A DNA stretch of 40,000 nucleotides from Candidatus Altimarinota bacterium. Lineage in GTDB: Bacteria; Patescibacteriota; Gracilibacteria; BD1-5; UBA6164. The stretch spans positions 23,084 to 63,083 of the forward strand of contig CALREY010000006.1 of assembly GCA_943356435.1 (NCBI GenBank), written 5' to 3'. Under the pieces are notes generated by a model. That model worked only from the letters and a program-made list of their open reading frames with translations, did no database searches and was not told the origin of the DNA. This document shows positions 1-10,734 of this stretch, one piece after another (position 1 is the stretch's first letter; every line of letters starts with the position of its first letter). Made by a program: the position numbers and the translations under genes.

Positions 1-978
1 ATAAAACAGCATAGGAGTTTGGAACAATACAGCAAATGGAAATATTTTTCTAAATATTCTTACAAAGCTAGATTTCAATTCAAATGCTTGAGAAAAAATA
101 TAAATCAAATAACCAAATAATGAAAATCATATTACCATCCAAGAAATTATTCATTTTGGCCAATCTGAAAAATTTAAAAGTACTTTTAATGAATAAGAAT
201 ATAAAATGAAAAAATAGATAATTATAAATGGTAGTGCTATATAATTACTCAAAAAATTATAGAATTTGTTTTCTTTTATTTTTTCTAAAAGTGATAAATT
301 CATATCTTTTTCTGGAGCAATAATCAAGAAATAAATAGGTGCAAACAATGAAAGTGAAAATGTAACCCAATATCAATAAAATTTCGCTTCATCAATATAA
401 GTACTAAGCTCAAACAATGCAAAAATAGCACTTAGAGCAATTGCTCAAAGCATAGTCAAAGCTCATCAAACAATAGCTGACATAAGAATCTTAGAAGATA
501 CAGAATTGAAAAAAGTATAATATTTTTCATTATCTACATCTTTGTTCAATAAATTTTTGATAAATGAAGAAACAAATACAAAACTCACTACTCATACATA
601 AGTTATTACTATATATACTAATTGTTCTGTATAAAAGTTATTGAATAAATTTTGTTCAAAACTAAAATAAAACAATATTCAAAATAAAACACTTCATATT
701 TGGAATAATGATGTTTTTAGTCTATTGAAGTTAAATTTTTCTGATAATAAATATATTCAAAAAGATAGAAAAAATACAGTAACAAGAGATAATACTCATT
801 TATACAATATATTTTCTACATAATTTGGAAGTTTATCTCAAAAATAAATAGAATATTCAAAAATCAAAAACATCAAAACACTTGAAACAAATGACAATGG
901 AAACCTAACAAAAGCTTTATTTACATTATTAGTAAAATTTTCTATCGAAAATTTAGCAAATATATTATTCATGTGCAT
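1..978 (-). CDS. polytopic membrane protein; C-terminal part runs off the window start
   Basis: With TGA as sense, the minus-strand frame is open from ATG (rc of 976-978) to position 1 and absorbs track ORF 151..348. An upstream in-frame TAA lies at 1024-1026. The sequence is hydrophobic helices throughout. Confidence 0.5.
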
Positions 979-1084
979 ATAGTTAGAAAATATGATTATA
1001 TAACCTATATATAAACACTCTAATTATACATTATTTAAAAAATATTCAAATTAAAAAGAAATATCTAAGTTTTTAGATATTTCT

Positions 1085-1735
1085 TTATTTTTCTACATAT
1101 TCTACTAAGACTTTTCAATCTATGATTTTTATACCATCATTCTCTAACATTCTTATTTTTGAATACACTCAATCATATGCAGAATACCCAGATATTTTCA
1201 AATCATTTGATACTACTTTATAACAAGGATAGATATCAGGATTCTTATTGTACTTCATTATTGAAGCTATTTTTCTAGGATGTACACCAAATTTATCTGC
1301 CAAAATCTTATATGTAGTGACTTTTCATTTTGCTAGTTTTTGTAGATATTCTAACACTTGTAAATCAATTTCATTATTTTTATTTTTTATATTTTTTTGC
1401 TTTATTTTGCTTATTACTTCCAAACTTTTTTGTATCCATTTTTCTAATTCTATTCTATCTTCTAATATTTCTTCTGGTAATTCATAATAACTCATTACTC
1501 ATACAACTCCAGTTTTTTTATAATATGTAAAAGGTTTTGATTTATATTTTTCGAAATCTGACTTATTATTGTCTCCTACTTTGAAATATATAACATCATC
1601 TATAAACAAAGAAAACACTTTCTTATCCTTATAAATAGCATATCATCAAAACATATTTTTATAAGTATATCTAGGATCTCATCCTAAACAATCCTCTAAA
1701 AAATAATACAAATATTCAGGAAGTTTTTTTGCCAT
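1085..1735 (-). CDS. TfoX N-terminal domain fused to an MGMT/Ogt-family DNA-binding domain
   Basis: 217 codons in code 25. N-terminal half is TfoX_N-like (NMFGGYAIY, YFKVGD, MSYYELPEEILED). C-terminal half is MGMT-domain-like (KVTTYKILADKFG, NPDIYPCYKVV). Several in-frame TGA. Confidence 0.65.
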
Positions 1736-1745
1736 ATTTTATCTA

Positions 1746-2459
1746 TTAATTAACTATTACATTTACATTTATAACATTATCATTTATTACTATTTCTCAT
1801 CAGAATTTTTTATAATCAATAATCTTGTTTTCACAAATTTGTCTAATCCATTCTCACTTTATTTTTTTCACTCAATGTGATACTTTGTTTCAATCTAGTT
1901 TAATGAAGTTAATATTTATTATTTTAATTCATGCATTTATTAATGTTTCCTTTTTCTTTTTATGTCTATTACAAGTCGTATATTCTCATATCATCTTTGC
2001 ATAACTAATAGGCAATAAATTAACTATATAATCAGGTTTCATATCAATTATAGCTTTTGGTATAATATTCCACCAAAATTTGTATAATCATTTAGTTTCA
2101 ATTGGTAGTTTATAATTCCCTATTTTATCTAGTGGTTTAACTATTCAATACATTCAAGAAAATATCAAAAAATTCTGTTCAAAAAATTTCTTTGCACTTT
2201 TATTCATTTCAGTATAATTTATAGATTTATACATTTCTCAAGTATATCTATGTATTGCATCTATTGATTCACTATTGGATATTTTTTTATTCAATTCCAA
2301 TCATTCTAAAAATCTATTTCATTTGCATTTCAAATCCTTTTCACACACATTATGAGCTATTTCTAAAGGCTTATCAAATTTAAAACTTAGATTTTCTTCA
2401 AAATAATTATTATCTATTTTCTTTCATTCTGATGGCGGTATCAAAAATAATATTTTCAT
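1746..2459 (-). CDS. yaaA: YaaA/DUF328 family peroxide-stress protein
   Basis: 238 codons. Motifs FLIPPSEGK, AIHRYTGEMYKSI and LFSGMYGIVKPLD are typical of DUF328. In-frame TGA falls at Gly positions. Confidence 0.7.
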
Positions 2460-2461
2460 TT

Positions 2462-3712
2462 TTATTTCTTATTTATCCAATAAATATCTTGTCTAGGTAA
2501 TTTTGATTCATCATTTTTATTAAGTAATACTTGTTTCAATGCTTCTTCTGTAAAAATTGTATTTTGACTTCATTTAAAAAGTATAATATATTTATCACTA
2601 GAATTATTTAATATATCCTTTAAATATAATCATGCATCTTTAGATGATAAGAAATTCTTGATATTCTTTGGGAAATATGTTTGAGTTTCTTTTCAAATTG
2701 TTATTAATAAATCATTGTTTATTAAATTACTAAATAGTTGTTCATGCAATTCTTTTGAATGATTTCATAATTCCCTCATATCTCAGATAACAAATCATAG
2801 TTTGTAATCAGGATAAATTTTATCTCTCAAATTTTCTACATTTTCTATCATTTTTTTCATACTTTCTGGTCAAGCATTATAAGTAGAATCAACAAGTATA
2901 GAATTATTAACTCATTTAAATATACTAAATCTTCCAGGCTGGCTTTCTAAATACAATATATCTTCATTGTCCACATTGCTGTCTACAATAACTCACAAAT
3001 CTGCTAATATAAAATAAGCTAATTCTATATATGGATAATTTTCAGTTCATAAAATATTTGTTTTTATTGTTTTTCATTCAAGTGAAATAACAGAATATAT
3101 ATTATCTGAATCATTCACATATTCGAAATCTATTTCAGTATTATTAAAAAATTGTTTTTGGATTTTTAATGTATCATATCTGTTTCTCAAAAACTCATCT
3201 TCGAAATTCAAGTATGTTTTTAGCTTTGTGTTAGCCATTAGTTTAAATTTTTCTATTCATATATTTTCTTGTGTTCAAAAATATTCTACATGAATATTTC
3301 ATAATTTAGTAAAAATACTTATATCTGGATTCACAACTTTTACCAAGAAATCCATATCTCCAGGATGATCTATACCATACTCCAAAATAAGAATATCATA
3401 ATTTTTAACTCTCTTAAAAGTTTGTCATACGATGTAAAAAAATATATTTAACAATTCTTTTATTCATCATTTATATTGCTCTATTTTAAATATAGAAAAA
3501 ATTATTCCTAGCTCAGAGTTGAAATTCTTTGGAGATGTATAAATAGTTTTGTCCTTTATATATTTATTTAGAACATTATTTATTATCATTCTACAACTAG
3601 TTTTACCTACATTTCAAGTAATTCATATTACAAATGGTTTTGTCCTAGCAATATATATTCTAGTGAAAAATGCCAAAGTATGATAAATGATTTTTAGTAT
3701 TATATTTTTCAT
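2462..3712 (-). CDS. murF: UDP-N-acetylmuramoyl-tripeptide--D-alanyl-D-alanine ligase (MurF-type Mur ligase)
   Basis: 417 codons. P-loop GITGNVGKTS (the first two Gly are TGA), DSTYNAGPESM, GDMRELG, KGSQ. Confidence 0.75.
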
Positions 3713-4266
3713 TGTTGTTGTTTATAATAATCAGATAATTCCTTAGCTCACCAATTAAGTAATCTATATTCTGAAATACCTAGTTTTTTTGCATATTCAT
3801 ATATTAGTTCTTCATTTCACTCTATTTCTAAAAATTCATCTGTTTCCATTCAATCCAAATCTGAATATTTATCAAAATCAAATTGTATAGATTCGTTATT
3901 ATTATTTATCAAATAACTTACTCTTTGTTTAATACTCTGTCTAATTTTATTAAATCAAATAGATTCAAAAAATTTACAAACATCATCCATAGATTTTGTT
4001 TCAAATCAAGCTTCCTGCATTACTTTTCAATTTCCATTTCAAAATATCTGTTTTTTGTTTTCTACTATCACTATATCTCAATCTGACCTCACTCTTATTT
4101 CTATGTATTTTTCTTGTCCATCTATAATTGTATTTTGTCCATAAAATATTGCTGTTAAAACTCAATCAAATATTTTTTTTGCTCATAATTCAAATAGATT
4201 TTGTTCTATTTCTTTATGTCAAACTCATAGTACTTTGAATTCTGTTTCTATATTACTTGCTCACAT
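3700..4266 (-). CDS. CYTH-domain protein (CyaB-like class IV adenylyl cyclase / triphosphate tunnel metalloenzyme)
   Basis: 189 codons. N-terminal ExExK-type motif (NIETEFKV) and C-terminal FDFD..LDGMETDEFLEIEG. The 3' end overlaps the murF start by 13 nt. Confidence 0.55.
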
Positions 4267-4276
4267 ATTTATAAAA

Positions 4277-5014
4277 TTAATTAATTAATTCATCATAATT
4301 CACCCAAACTAGCGCATCCAAATGTAATTCTGGTATATTCAATTTTTTTGATAAATCAAAATAAAATTTTTTTATTAGTTGGTCTTGTCCCCCTCCTTTA
4401 TAGGGAGGGGTTAGGGGTGGGGTGTCTTTATATTTTTGGAACAAATTATCCAATCTAGAATCTATAGGTATAGAAATATTCTCTGGAAAATATATCAATT
4501 TGTTAAATACATTTCTAGCACCATAACTAAACATCTTTATAGCAAAAACTACAGTTTTTGCATCTTTTTTTTGTTTCATAGTTAGAGCTAATTTATCTCT
4601 TAATTCTTCCATATTATTATAATAATACTCAGTCTTAGTCACAAATTCTTCTAGAAATGGTCTCAATTTCTCCAATCTATTTATCTTTGTATCTATAAAT
4701 CTTTTATTATTCTTTGATTGTTTTATAAAATCTCATAAGGATTTAGTAATGTACTCTACTAATCCCCCCTCCTTAATAAGGAGGGGGTTAGGGGGTGGTC
4801 CGAAGTAAGCACCAAACTCTTCCCAATAATCTTCTCATTTACCTGATAACTGATAACAGATTATAGAATTAGCCAAAATAAGTCATAAATATTTATCCTT
4901 TTCGGCTAAATTATCTCACATTTTTTTCAAAGCTTTATATTGTCTATCAGATTCTTCTATTTTAATAGAATCTTCTATAGAATATTTTTTTAATTTTTCA
5001 TATAATTCTTGCAT
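4277..5014 (-). CDS. AGOG-type N-glycosylase/DNA lyase (archaeal-type 8-oxoguanine glycosylase family)
   Basis: 246 codons; extends track ORF 4277..4675 upstream through TGA codons. Motifs CYQLSGKGEDYWEEFG, NKRFIDTKINRLEK, DAKTVVFAIKMF, IPIDSR, ELHLDALVW. Carries two GC-rich element insertions. Confidence 0.6.
4387..4425 (-). repeat. GC-rich hairpin + G-tract mini-element, copy A (inside AGOG CDS, encodes PPLTPPYKGGG)
   Basis: Plus strand reads GTCCCCCTCCTTTATAGGGAGGGGTTAGGGGTGGGGTGT. Four G-runs at 4403-4422. Confidence 0.75.
4764..4799 (-). repeat. GC-rich hairpin + G-tract mini-element, copy B (inside AGOG CDS, other frame, encodes PPPNPLLIKEGG)
   Basis: Perfect 10-bp stem CCCCCTCCTT/AAGGAGGGGG (4765-4774 / 4778-4787), followed by TTAGGGGGTGG. 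Confidence 0.8.
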
Positions 5015-5015
5015 A

Positions 5016-5276
5016 CTAAGTATTTTTATAGAAGTATTTTAACCAAATTTCCTTAAAAAAACTCATTGACAATGTAGATAACAAAAATCACATTGTTGGA
5101 ACTAGTGCGTTTATAAATGGTTTATCAAATCAAGCAAAGTAAAAAAATAATACAACTACAAAATATGTCAAAACTGCAATAGTAGCTTTTCTAAAAATAC
5201 TTGTTTCCCAAGCTTTATCAATTTCAACTTTTTTATTTCTACTATTGATTTTTTTTATTTCATTTTCAATATTCAT
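5016..5276 (-). CDS. small two-helix membrane protein
   Basis: 87 codons from ATG at rc 5274-5276 to TAG at rc 5016-5018. Two hydrophobic segments and two in-frame TGA. Confidence 0.4.
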
Positions 5277-5300
5277 AATATATTAATTAGAAAATAATAA

Positions 5301-7232
5301 CTATTCTTCTATTTCATTCCCTATTTTTTTATACACTTCATAATAATATTCTACAAATTTTCTCAAATCAGGATTTAATGGTAAATAATAGCCATGTTTT
5401 TCTATTGTATAATCACTTAAAAATACTCATGCATCTATCTTTTCTAGATAGATATTTATTAATTTTTTATAATGTGATAAATATAATTCTTTTAATTTAT
5501 TAAATGTGTCAGCATTATAATACATCTCTACTTTGTATATTCACATTACTTCAGTTTCATCTGCTAGTGGACTTTCATTTATCTGAAATTTCAAAATTCA
5601 TGATTCAAACAATATATCTAGATGAATCAATGCTTCAGTATAATATGGTACTAACTCTGTGATTGTTCTATATTTTAATAAATTAACTGACCTATATAAA
5701 TGTGAACTAATAATATCAATATTTAATTGATCTAGTCCGCCTCCTTGATAAGGATGGGTTAGGGGTGGTAATAATAAATACATAAGTAATCATCATGTAG
5801 TAGCTTTGAATTCTTCTATTCTTTTGTATACTCCAGTTTTTTTATTCATAATAGACTGAGTATCTGAATCCAGCCACAAACTATGTCAAAATTCATGACC
5901 AATAGTTAAAATATCATAAATCTTATAAAATATTTCATCATTTCAAAATATAGTATTTCTATAATTTTTCAATAAATTTTGTTCAAAAATTATTGAATCG
6001 ATTTTCATAACAGGACTTTTTTTCTTATTTTCTAGAACCATTTCTGGAAATCAAAATATTTTTTTACCATACATTTCGCTTATTACTTCATCATTAGGTA
6101 CTACTTGAGCTGAACATAATCAAGTTAATTCTGATGAATAGTATAATACAGGAGAAGATAAATACAATTGTACTCTTTTAATATTATCTAGTGAAAATTT
6201 ATATGATGAAGGATAATTTTCTCTACCTATTTCATCATAAAACTTCTCATACATTTCTAGAATTCCATTTTCAACATCTGATTCAAAAACAGTATTTAGT
6301 ATTCTCAAATCCCATTCTGGTGCTACTGCTTTTCTATATTTATCTTCATAAAATTCTAGTGGATGTACTATTTGAAATGGAGTTTTAATACTCATCCATG
6401 CTTCATCTACCTTTGACCATTTATCTACCAATTTATTTGTAACAGTTTCTAAAAATGCTTCTTTTATTGCATTTAAATAATTTATATAATAATCTTTTGA
6501 ATCATATATTTCATCTGTTAGATTAGATAAATTTGAAATAAATGAATCTAGTTCTGATACTATATCATTTATTTCATTCGTAAATACATCATAGTAAGAT
6601 TTTGAAATATATTCTCAATTTTCTAGTACTAATACACTATATGACCTATCAGATATTTCAGCATTATGTCATAAATCAAATAAATTATTTTCATTCAAAT
6701 AATTCATTATTGCTATACTATCATTATCAAATTTTTTTTCTAAATCTCTATTTATTCAATTAACAATATGATTTTTCCATGGAATAAATAATTCATTCAT
6801 AGCCAATCATACATTTGCAACTCACTTGAATATTTCTAAATAAAAATCTGTTAATAGAGCTTTTTCTTGAATAACTGAAATAATTACAGCTTGTACTTCA
6901 CTATGAAAATCACATACAAATTTATATGCTAAATCTAATATTCTGATTTTTTCTTTTTCTAATTCATCTCATATATATGGAGGACTAATTGGCGGATTTG
7001 TATCCATATACAAAATCAATGGAACTTCTTTTAACTGAGCAATTCTAGCAAATGCAGCATATCTAGTCTCCTCATTTTTATCTAATCAAATATAGTCCAA
7101 AAAATCATCTAACATAACTCTATGACCGCCTTCTTCTTTTACTCATTTTAATAAATCATTTATGTTGGATTGTAGACTTTTATACAATTCTAATACATCT
7201 TTAATATTTTGTTCTAGTTCCTGTCTATTCAT
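5301..7232 (-). CDS. HExxH zinc metallopeptidase (family uncertain, possibly M3/PepF-like)
   Basis: 644 codons, joining track ORFs 5598..5783 and 6120..6431 in one frame. Motif TIGHEFGHSLW, followed about 25 aa later by IEEFKATT. Contains GC-rich element copy C. Confidence 0.55.
5736..5769 (-). repeat. GC-rich mini-element, copy C (degenerate; inside metallopeptidase CDS, encodes PPLTHPYQGGG)
   Basis: TCCGCCTCCTTGATAAGGATGGGTTAGGGGTGGT, with mismatches in the stem. Same frame as copy A. Confidence 0.7.
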
Positions 7233-7302
7233 TTATATATTATTAAAAGTTATTTTATAAATTTATAATAATCAAAATAATGCATATGACAAAAAATAAT
7301 AA

Positions 7303-7330
7303 TTGACAATTGTTATTTAAATGATAAAAT
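7303..7330 (+). promoter_or_regulatory. sigma70-like promoter (TTGACA-N16-TAAAAT)
   Basis: TTGACA at 7303-7308 and TAAAAT at 7325-7330, upstream of the zinc-ribbon gene pair. Confidence 0.45.
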
Positions 7331-7360
7331 TAAAATGATTTCCAAAAATAAGGAAAGAAG

Positions 7361-7531
7361 ATGAAACAAAAACAAAATGAAACAAAAGTATATATTTGTC
7401 CAAATTGTGGGAAAAGATTTACCGAAGATGCTTTAATAGATGCTAATCTTCCACCTCACCAAATTGAAGACAATATAGTTCCAAAAAACTGTCCAAATTC
7501 TGGACAATTACCAATCGTAAAATGGGAGTAA
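7361..7531 (+). CDS. small zinc-ribbon-like protein (56 aa), UGA-free
   Basis: ATG preceded by AAGGAAAGAAG. Has CPNCGK and a second CPNSG half-site. No TGA; both Gly are GGN. Confidence 0.5.
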   Translation: MKQKQNETKVYICPNCGKRFTEDALIDANLPPHQIEDNIVPKNCPNSGQLPIVKWE

Positions 7532-7570
7532 TATCCTCTGAAACAAATACAAAACTTATAGGAGTACAAA

Positions 7571-7720
7571 ATGCCTGATAAAAAATTAACTTACCAATGC
7601 CCTGTTTGTGGCAAAGAATATAAAAAAGATGAGATAAACAATGGAATCATACCATTACATATTTTTAAAAATGAAAAATGTTCCGGCACAGGAGGGCAAG
7701 CTACAATTAGCAGAAAATAA
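7571..7720 (+). CDS. small zinc-ribbon-like protein (49 aa), paralogue of 7361..7531, UGA-free
   Basis: AGGAG at 7560-7564, 6 nt, then ATG. Has CPVCGK and KCSGTGG. All five Gly are GGN. Followed by the hairpin terminator. Confidence 0.5.
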   Translation: MPDKKLTYQCPVCGKEYKKDEINNGIIPLHIFKNEKCSGTGGQATISRK

Positions 7721-7732
7721 AAAAGGAAAAAT

Positions 7733-7772
7733 AAAAAATCCTAGAGTTATCTATAACTCTAGGATTTTTATT
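7733..7772 (+). terminator. rho-independent terminator
   Basis: 13-bp perfect stem ATCCTAGAGTTAT/ATAACTCTAGGAT followed by a T-run. Confidence 0.6.
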
Positions 7773-7885
7773 ATACTCGTTTTATATACATTTTTTATAA
7801 AAAGATTTGCAAATGAAAAAAAATATGTATAATAAAAATGAAATCTAATAAATTTCAAATATTTTACCCTATTATAACAATAATT

Positions 7886-8332
7886 ATGGATTTAAACAAA
7901 GCGCAAATTATAGGTAGAACTACTCAAGAGTTAGAATTAAAACAAACTCCAAATGGTCAAAGTGTTACTAGTTTCTCTATTGCTACAAATAGAAACTGGA
8001 CTGACTGAAGTGGAGTGAAACAAGAACAAGTAGAATTTCACAATGTAGTATTATGGTGAAAATTAGCTGAAATAGCACATCAATATATAAAAAAATGAAG
8101 TAGATTATTCATAGAATGAAGAATTCAAACTAGAAGTTGGGAAGCACAAGATGGGACTAAGAGATACAAAACTGAAATAGTATGAGAAAATATGATTATG
8201 CTAGACTCAAAAAGTGATAATTCTGATTTCACTCCTACTACTCCATATGAATCGACTAATTCTACTCCTGCAGTAAAAAGACAAACTCCAAAGGAAGAAG
8301 AAGAAATTTCAATTGACGATATTCCGTTTTAA
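7886..8332 (+). CDS. ssb: single-stranded DNA-binding protein
   Basis: 148 codons. Motifs HNVVLWGKLAE, FIEGRIQTRSWE and the C-terminal tail DDIPF. The conserved Gly in WGK, KKGS and EGR are all TGA. Confidence 0.9.
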
Positions 8333-8333
8333 T

Positions 8334-8363
8334 AAAAAAAGCTTAAATTTAAGCTTTTTTTTT
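8334..8363. terminator. bidirectional hairpin terminator between convergent genes
   Basis: A-run, stem AAGCTTAAA/TTTAAGCTT, T-run. Confidence 0.55.
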
Positions 8364-8369
8364 ATTTTA

Positions 8370-9731
8370 TTAAAGTGATATATATATTATTCACATAATT
8401 CATAATATCATTGCTATTACAAATGATCACATTACATATCTACCAAATAATTTATCACCGAATTTTAATGCTATTGTTCATTTAACCATATTATTTGACA
8501 TAACTGCTAATAGTATAGTTGATACAGCTATTTCTGAAACAACTTTTGATTCTTTAGCCAATACAGTCATTGTCTGAGTAATTGCATCTACATCAGCAAA
8601 TCAAGAGATTATTCAAAATGCATAATAAAATACTGATTCACCCCATATATCTTTATATACTACACCTATTCAAGCTAGAAATTTTAAAAATAATACAAAA
8701 ATTCAAAATTTGATAGCTGGTTTTAGACTAAATGGACTTTCTACTCTTCATTCTAAAGATATATTTTTTGCTAATGGAGCTTTTTTTGATCTCAAGAAGA
8801 AATACAAAGTAACAGAAGCTAATCATAAAAACATCATGAATGCAGGAATAAATATAGTTCCAAGTAATGATACATTAATTAATAATACAATTAATATTAC
8901 TCTAAGTAACATTATAGAATTTGCTAATAATGCTCAAACTGTATATAGATAATAATTTTTTGGATCTTTTTTACTTTGTTCACTCATTGCAGCTGTAACA
9001 GCAGTAGATGATACTAGACCTCAAACAGCACTAGAAATAATTACAGAACCATTTTTTCATAGAAATTTTGATAATAAATATCAAATATAACCAATTGCTG
9101 ATATGGCAACAACGAAGAACCAAACTCCATATGGATTAAAAAATTCCATTTGCCAAATGCTATTTTGTAAATCCAATGCACCATTTACTCAAAATGAATT
9201 AAATAATGTTGCAAAAGAGAATTTTTTGTCTGGCAATACAGGTAATACTACAAAAGATACAACAGCAAATTTCATAGTATGTACTAATTCTTGTCTACTT
9301 ATACGAGATATGAAGTTTTCAGAAACATTTTTTGCTGCAAGTATTATAGAAATGATAATTGTAAATATAACTGGGAATTTCAAATCTAAATATACACAAG
9401 AAACTCAGATGAAAAATACAATTATTCATGCTATTTCTGTAGTTATTCAAATATCTTTATTCTTAAAAGATACATAAACATGTGATACCAATATAAAAGC
9501 AGCTACTATAAATAAAGTAGATAATACAAATAAACCATTTCAAAATGTCTTATCAAACCAAGCAGACATAGTTCAAAGAATTGCAATAATTGCAAAAGTT
9601 CTCACTCAACCATAAGAATCATCTTCGGCTGTTGATAAAAGTCACTTTTTTTCTGGTACATCTCTTTCTAATCATATGAAAGCACCTAATAAACCAGAAA
9701 CTAAAACATATAACAATAAATCATTTATCAT
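8370..9731 (-). CDS. MgtC/SapB-family plus DUF4010-type integral membrane protein
   Basis: 454 codons; in frame with track ORF 9189..9383. N-terminal GLLGAFIGLERD (MgtC-like), then GGLVSSTAVT and FADVDAITQT (DUF4010-like). Confidence 0.65.
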
Positions 9732-9785
9732 AATAAAAGATATTAAATATAATATATATTTTATTTTAACATATTTATAATTATA

Positions 9786-10628
9786 TTACAAATTACTAGC
9801 TATATTTTCTAATTCATATATTTTTCAATCCTTATCTGATAAATATAATTTATCATTTTGCATATAAATTTTTTGAACATCTATATCAGGTTTATATAAT
9901 ATTTTCTTATCCTTTGTATTTGAATTATATAACACTATCAAGTCTGAATCTGCATCAAATCATAGATTATTTAATACTCTTGATTCATCTTTTTTCACTA
10001 ATCATATATAAGAATCATTGTAGTAAACAAAATCATTGAAATAAGTAAAATATTCCAATTTTTTTTCTACATTAGAATAAGTAAAGCTTCATTTATCAGT
10101 AACAAATATCAATAAATCAGGAGTTAATTTTTTGATATATTTTATATCAATATTCAAATCAATTCATGAAATGACTGATGATAAAACATTGTAATAAAAT
10201 TTATTTTTACCTACTTCTATATATAAATCATTTAATGATCAATGAACTTCAGTTACTTTTAAAAATTCAGGATAAACTAAGTCAAAATTTCAGATTTTTA
10301 CTCTATCAACATACAAATCCAATTTATTATCCACTTCTTTGAAATATACTTTTGAAGCATTTTTTAGATTAAATGTTTTGTAATTTGATTTATCTTCCTT
10401 TAATTGTTCTATTTTTTGTTCATTTGTTAATTCTACAGTTTTTATATCTAATTTTGTTAGTTTTAATTCATTTTTTGCTTTTTCTACTTCTATTTTTCTT
10501 TGTTCTTGTTTTTTTAATTGATCTTCGATTCTCTTTTGCTTTTCTGGTATATATTTGTAGTTATAATAAAAATATCATCATATAATAACTCATATGATTA
10601 TAAAAAATGAAATAATTTTATTAAGCAT
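9786..10628 (-). CDS. hypothetical N-terminally membrane-anchored protein with coiled-coil segment
   Basis: 281 codons in code 25. One N-terminal hydrophobic helix followed by a K/E-rich stretch. No recognisable family. Confidence 0.45.
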
Positions 10629-10734
10629 AAATCTGTATTAAAAAATATTGTTAGTATATTATTCTTTTATGCTAGTTTGCAAAGTTTTTTCTTGATAAAA
10701 AAATAAATAATTGTAGAATTGAAATCATAAAAAA

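Noticed and set aside
4403-4422. Telomere-like TTAGGG/CCCTAA sequence
   Set aside because: It is a single unit embedded in the repeat element, not a tandem array and not at a replicon end. I treat it only as part of the G-tract.
4387-5769. CRISPR array, suggested by the recurring GC-rich palindromic repeats
   Set aside because: There are only three copies, at irregular spacing of about 377 and 972 bp. They lie inside continuous coding frames, differ in sequence, and no cas genes are nearby.
9103-9477. 124-aa plus-strand ORF
   Set aside because: It is antisense to the MgtC/DUF4010 membrane protein gene, which is continuous in code 25.
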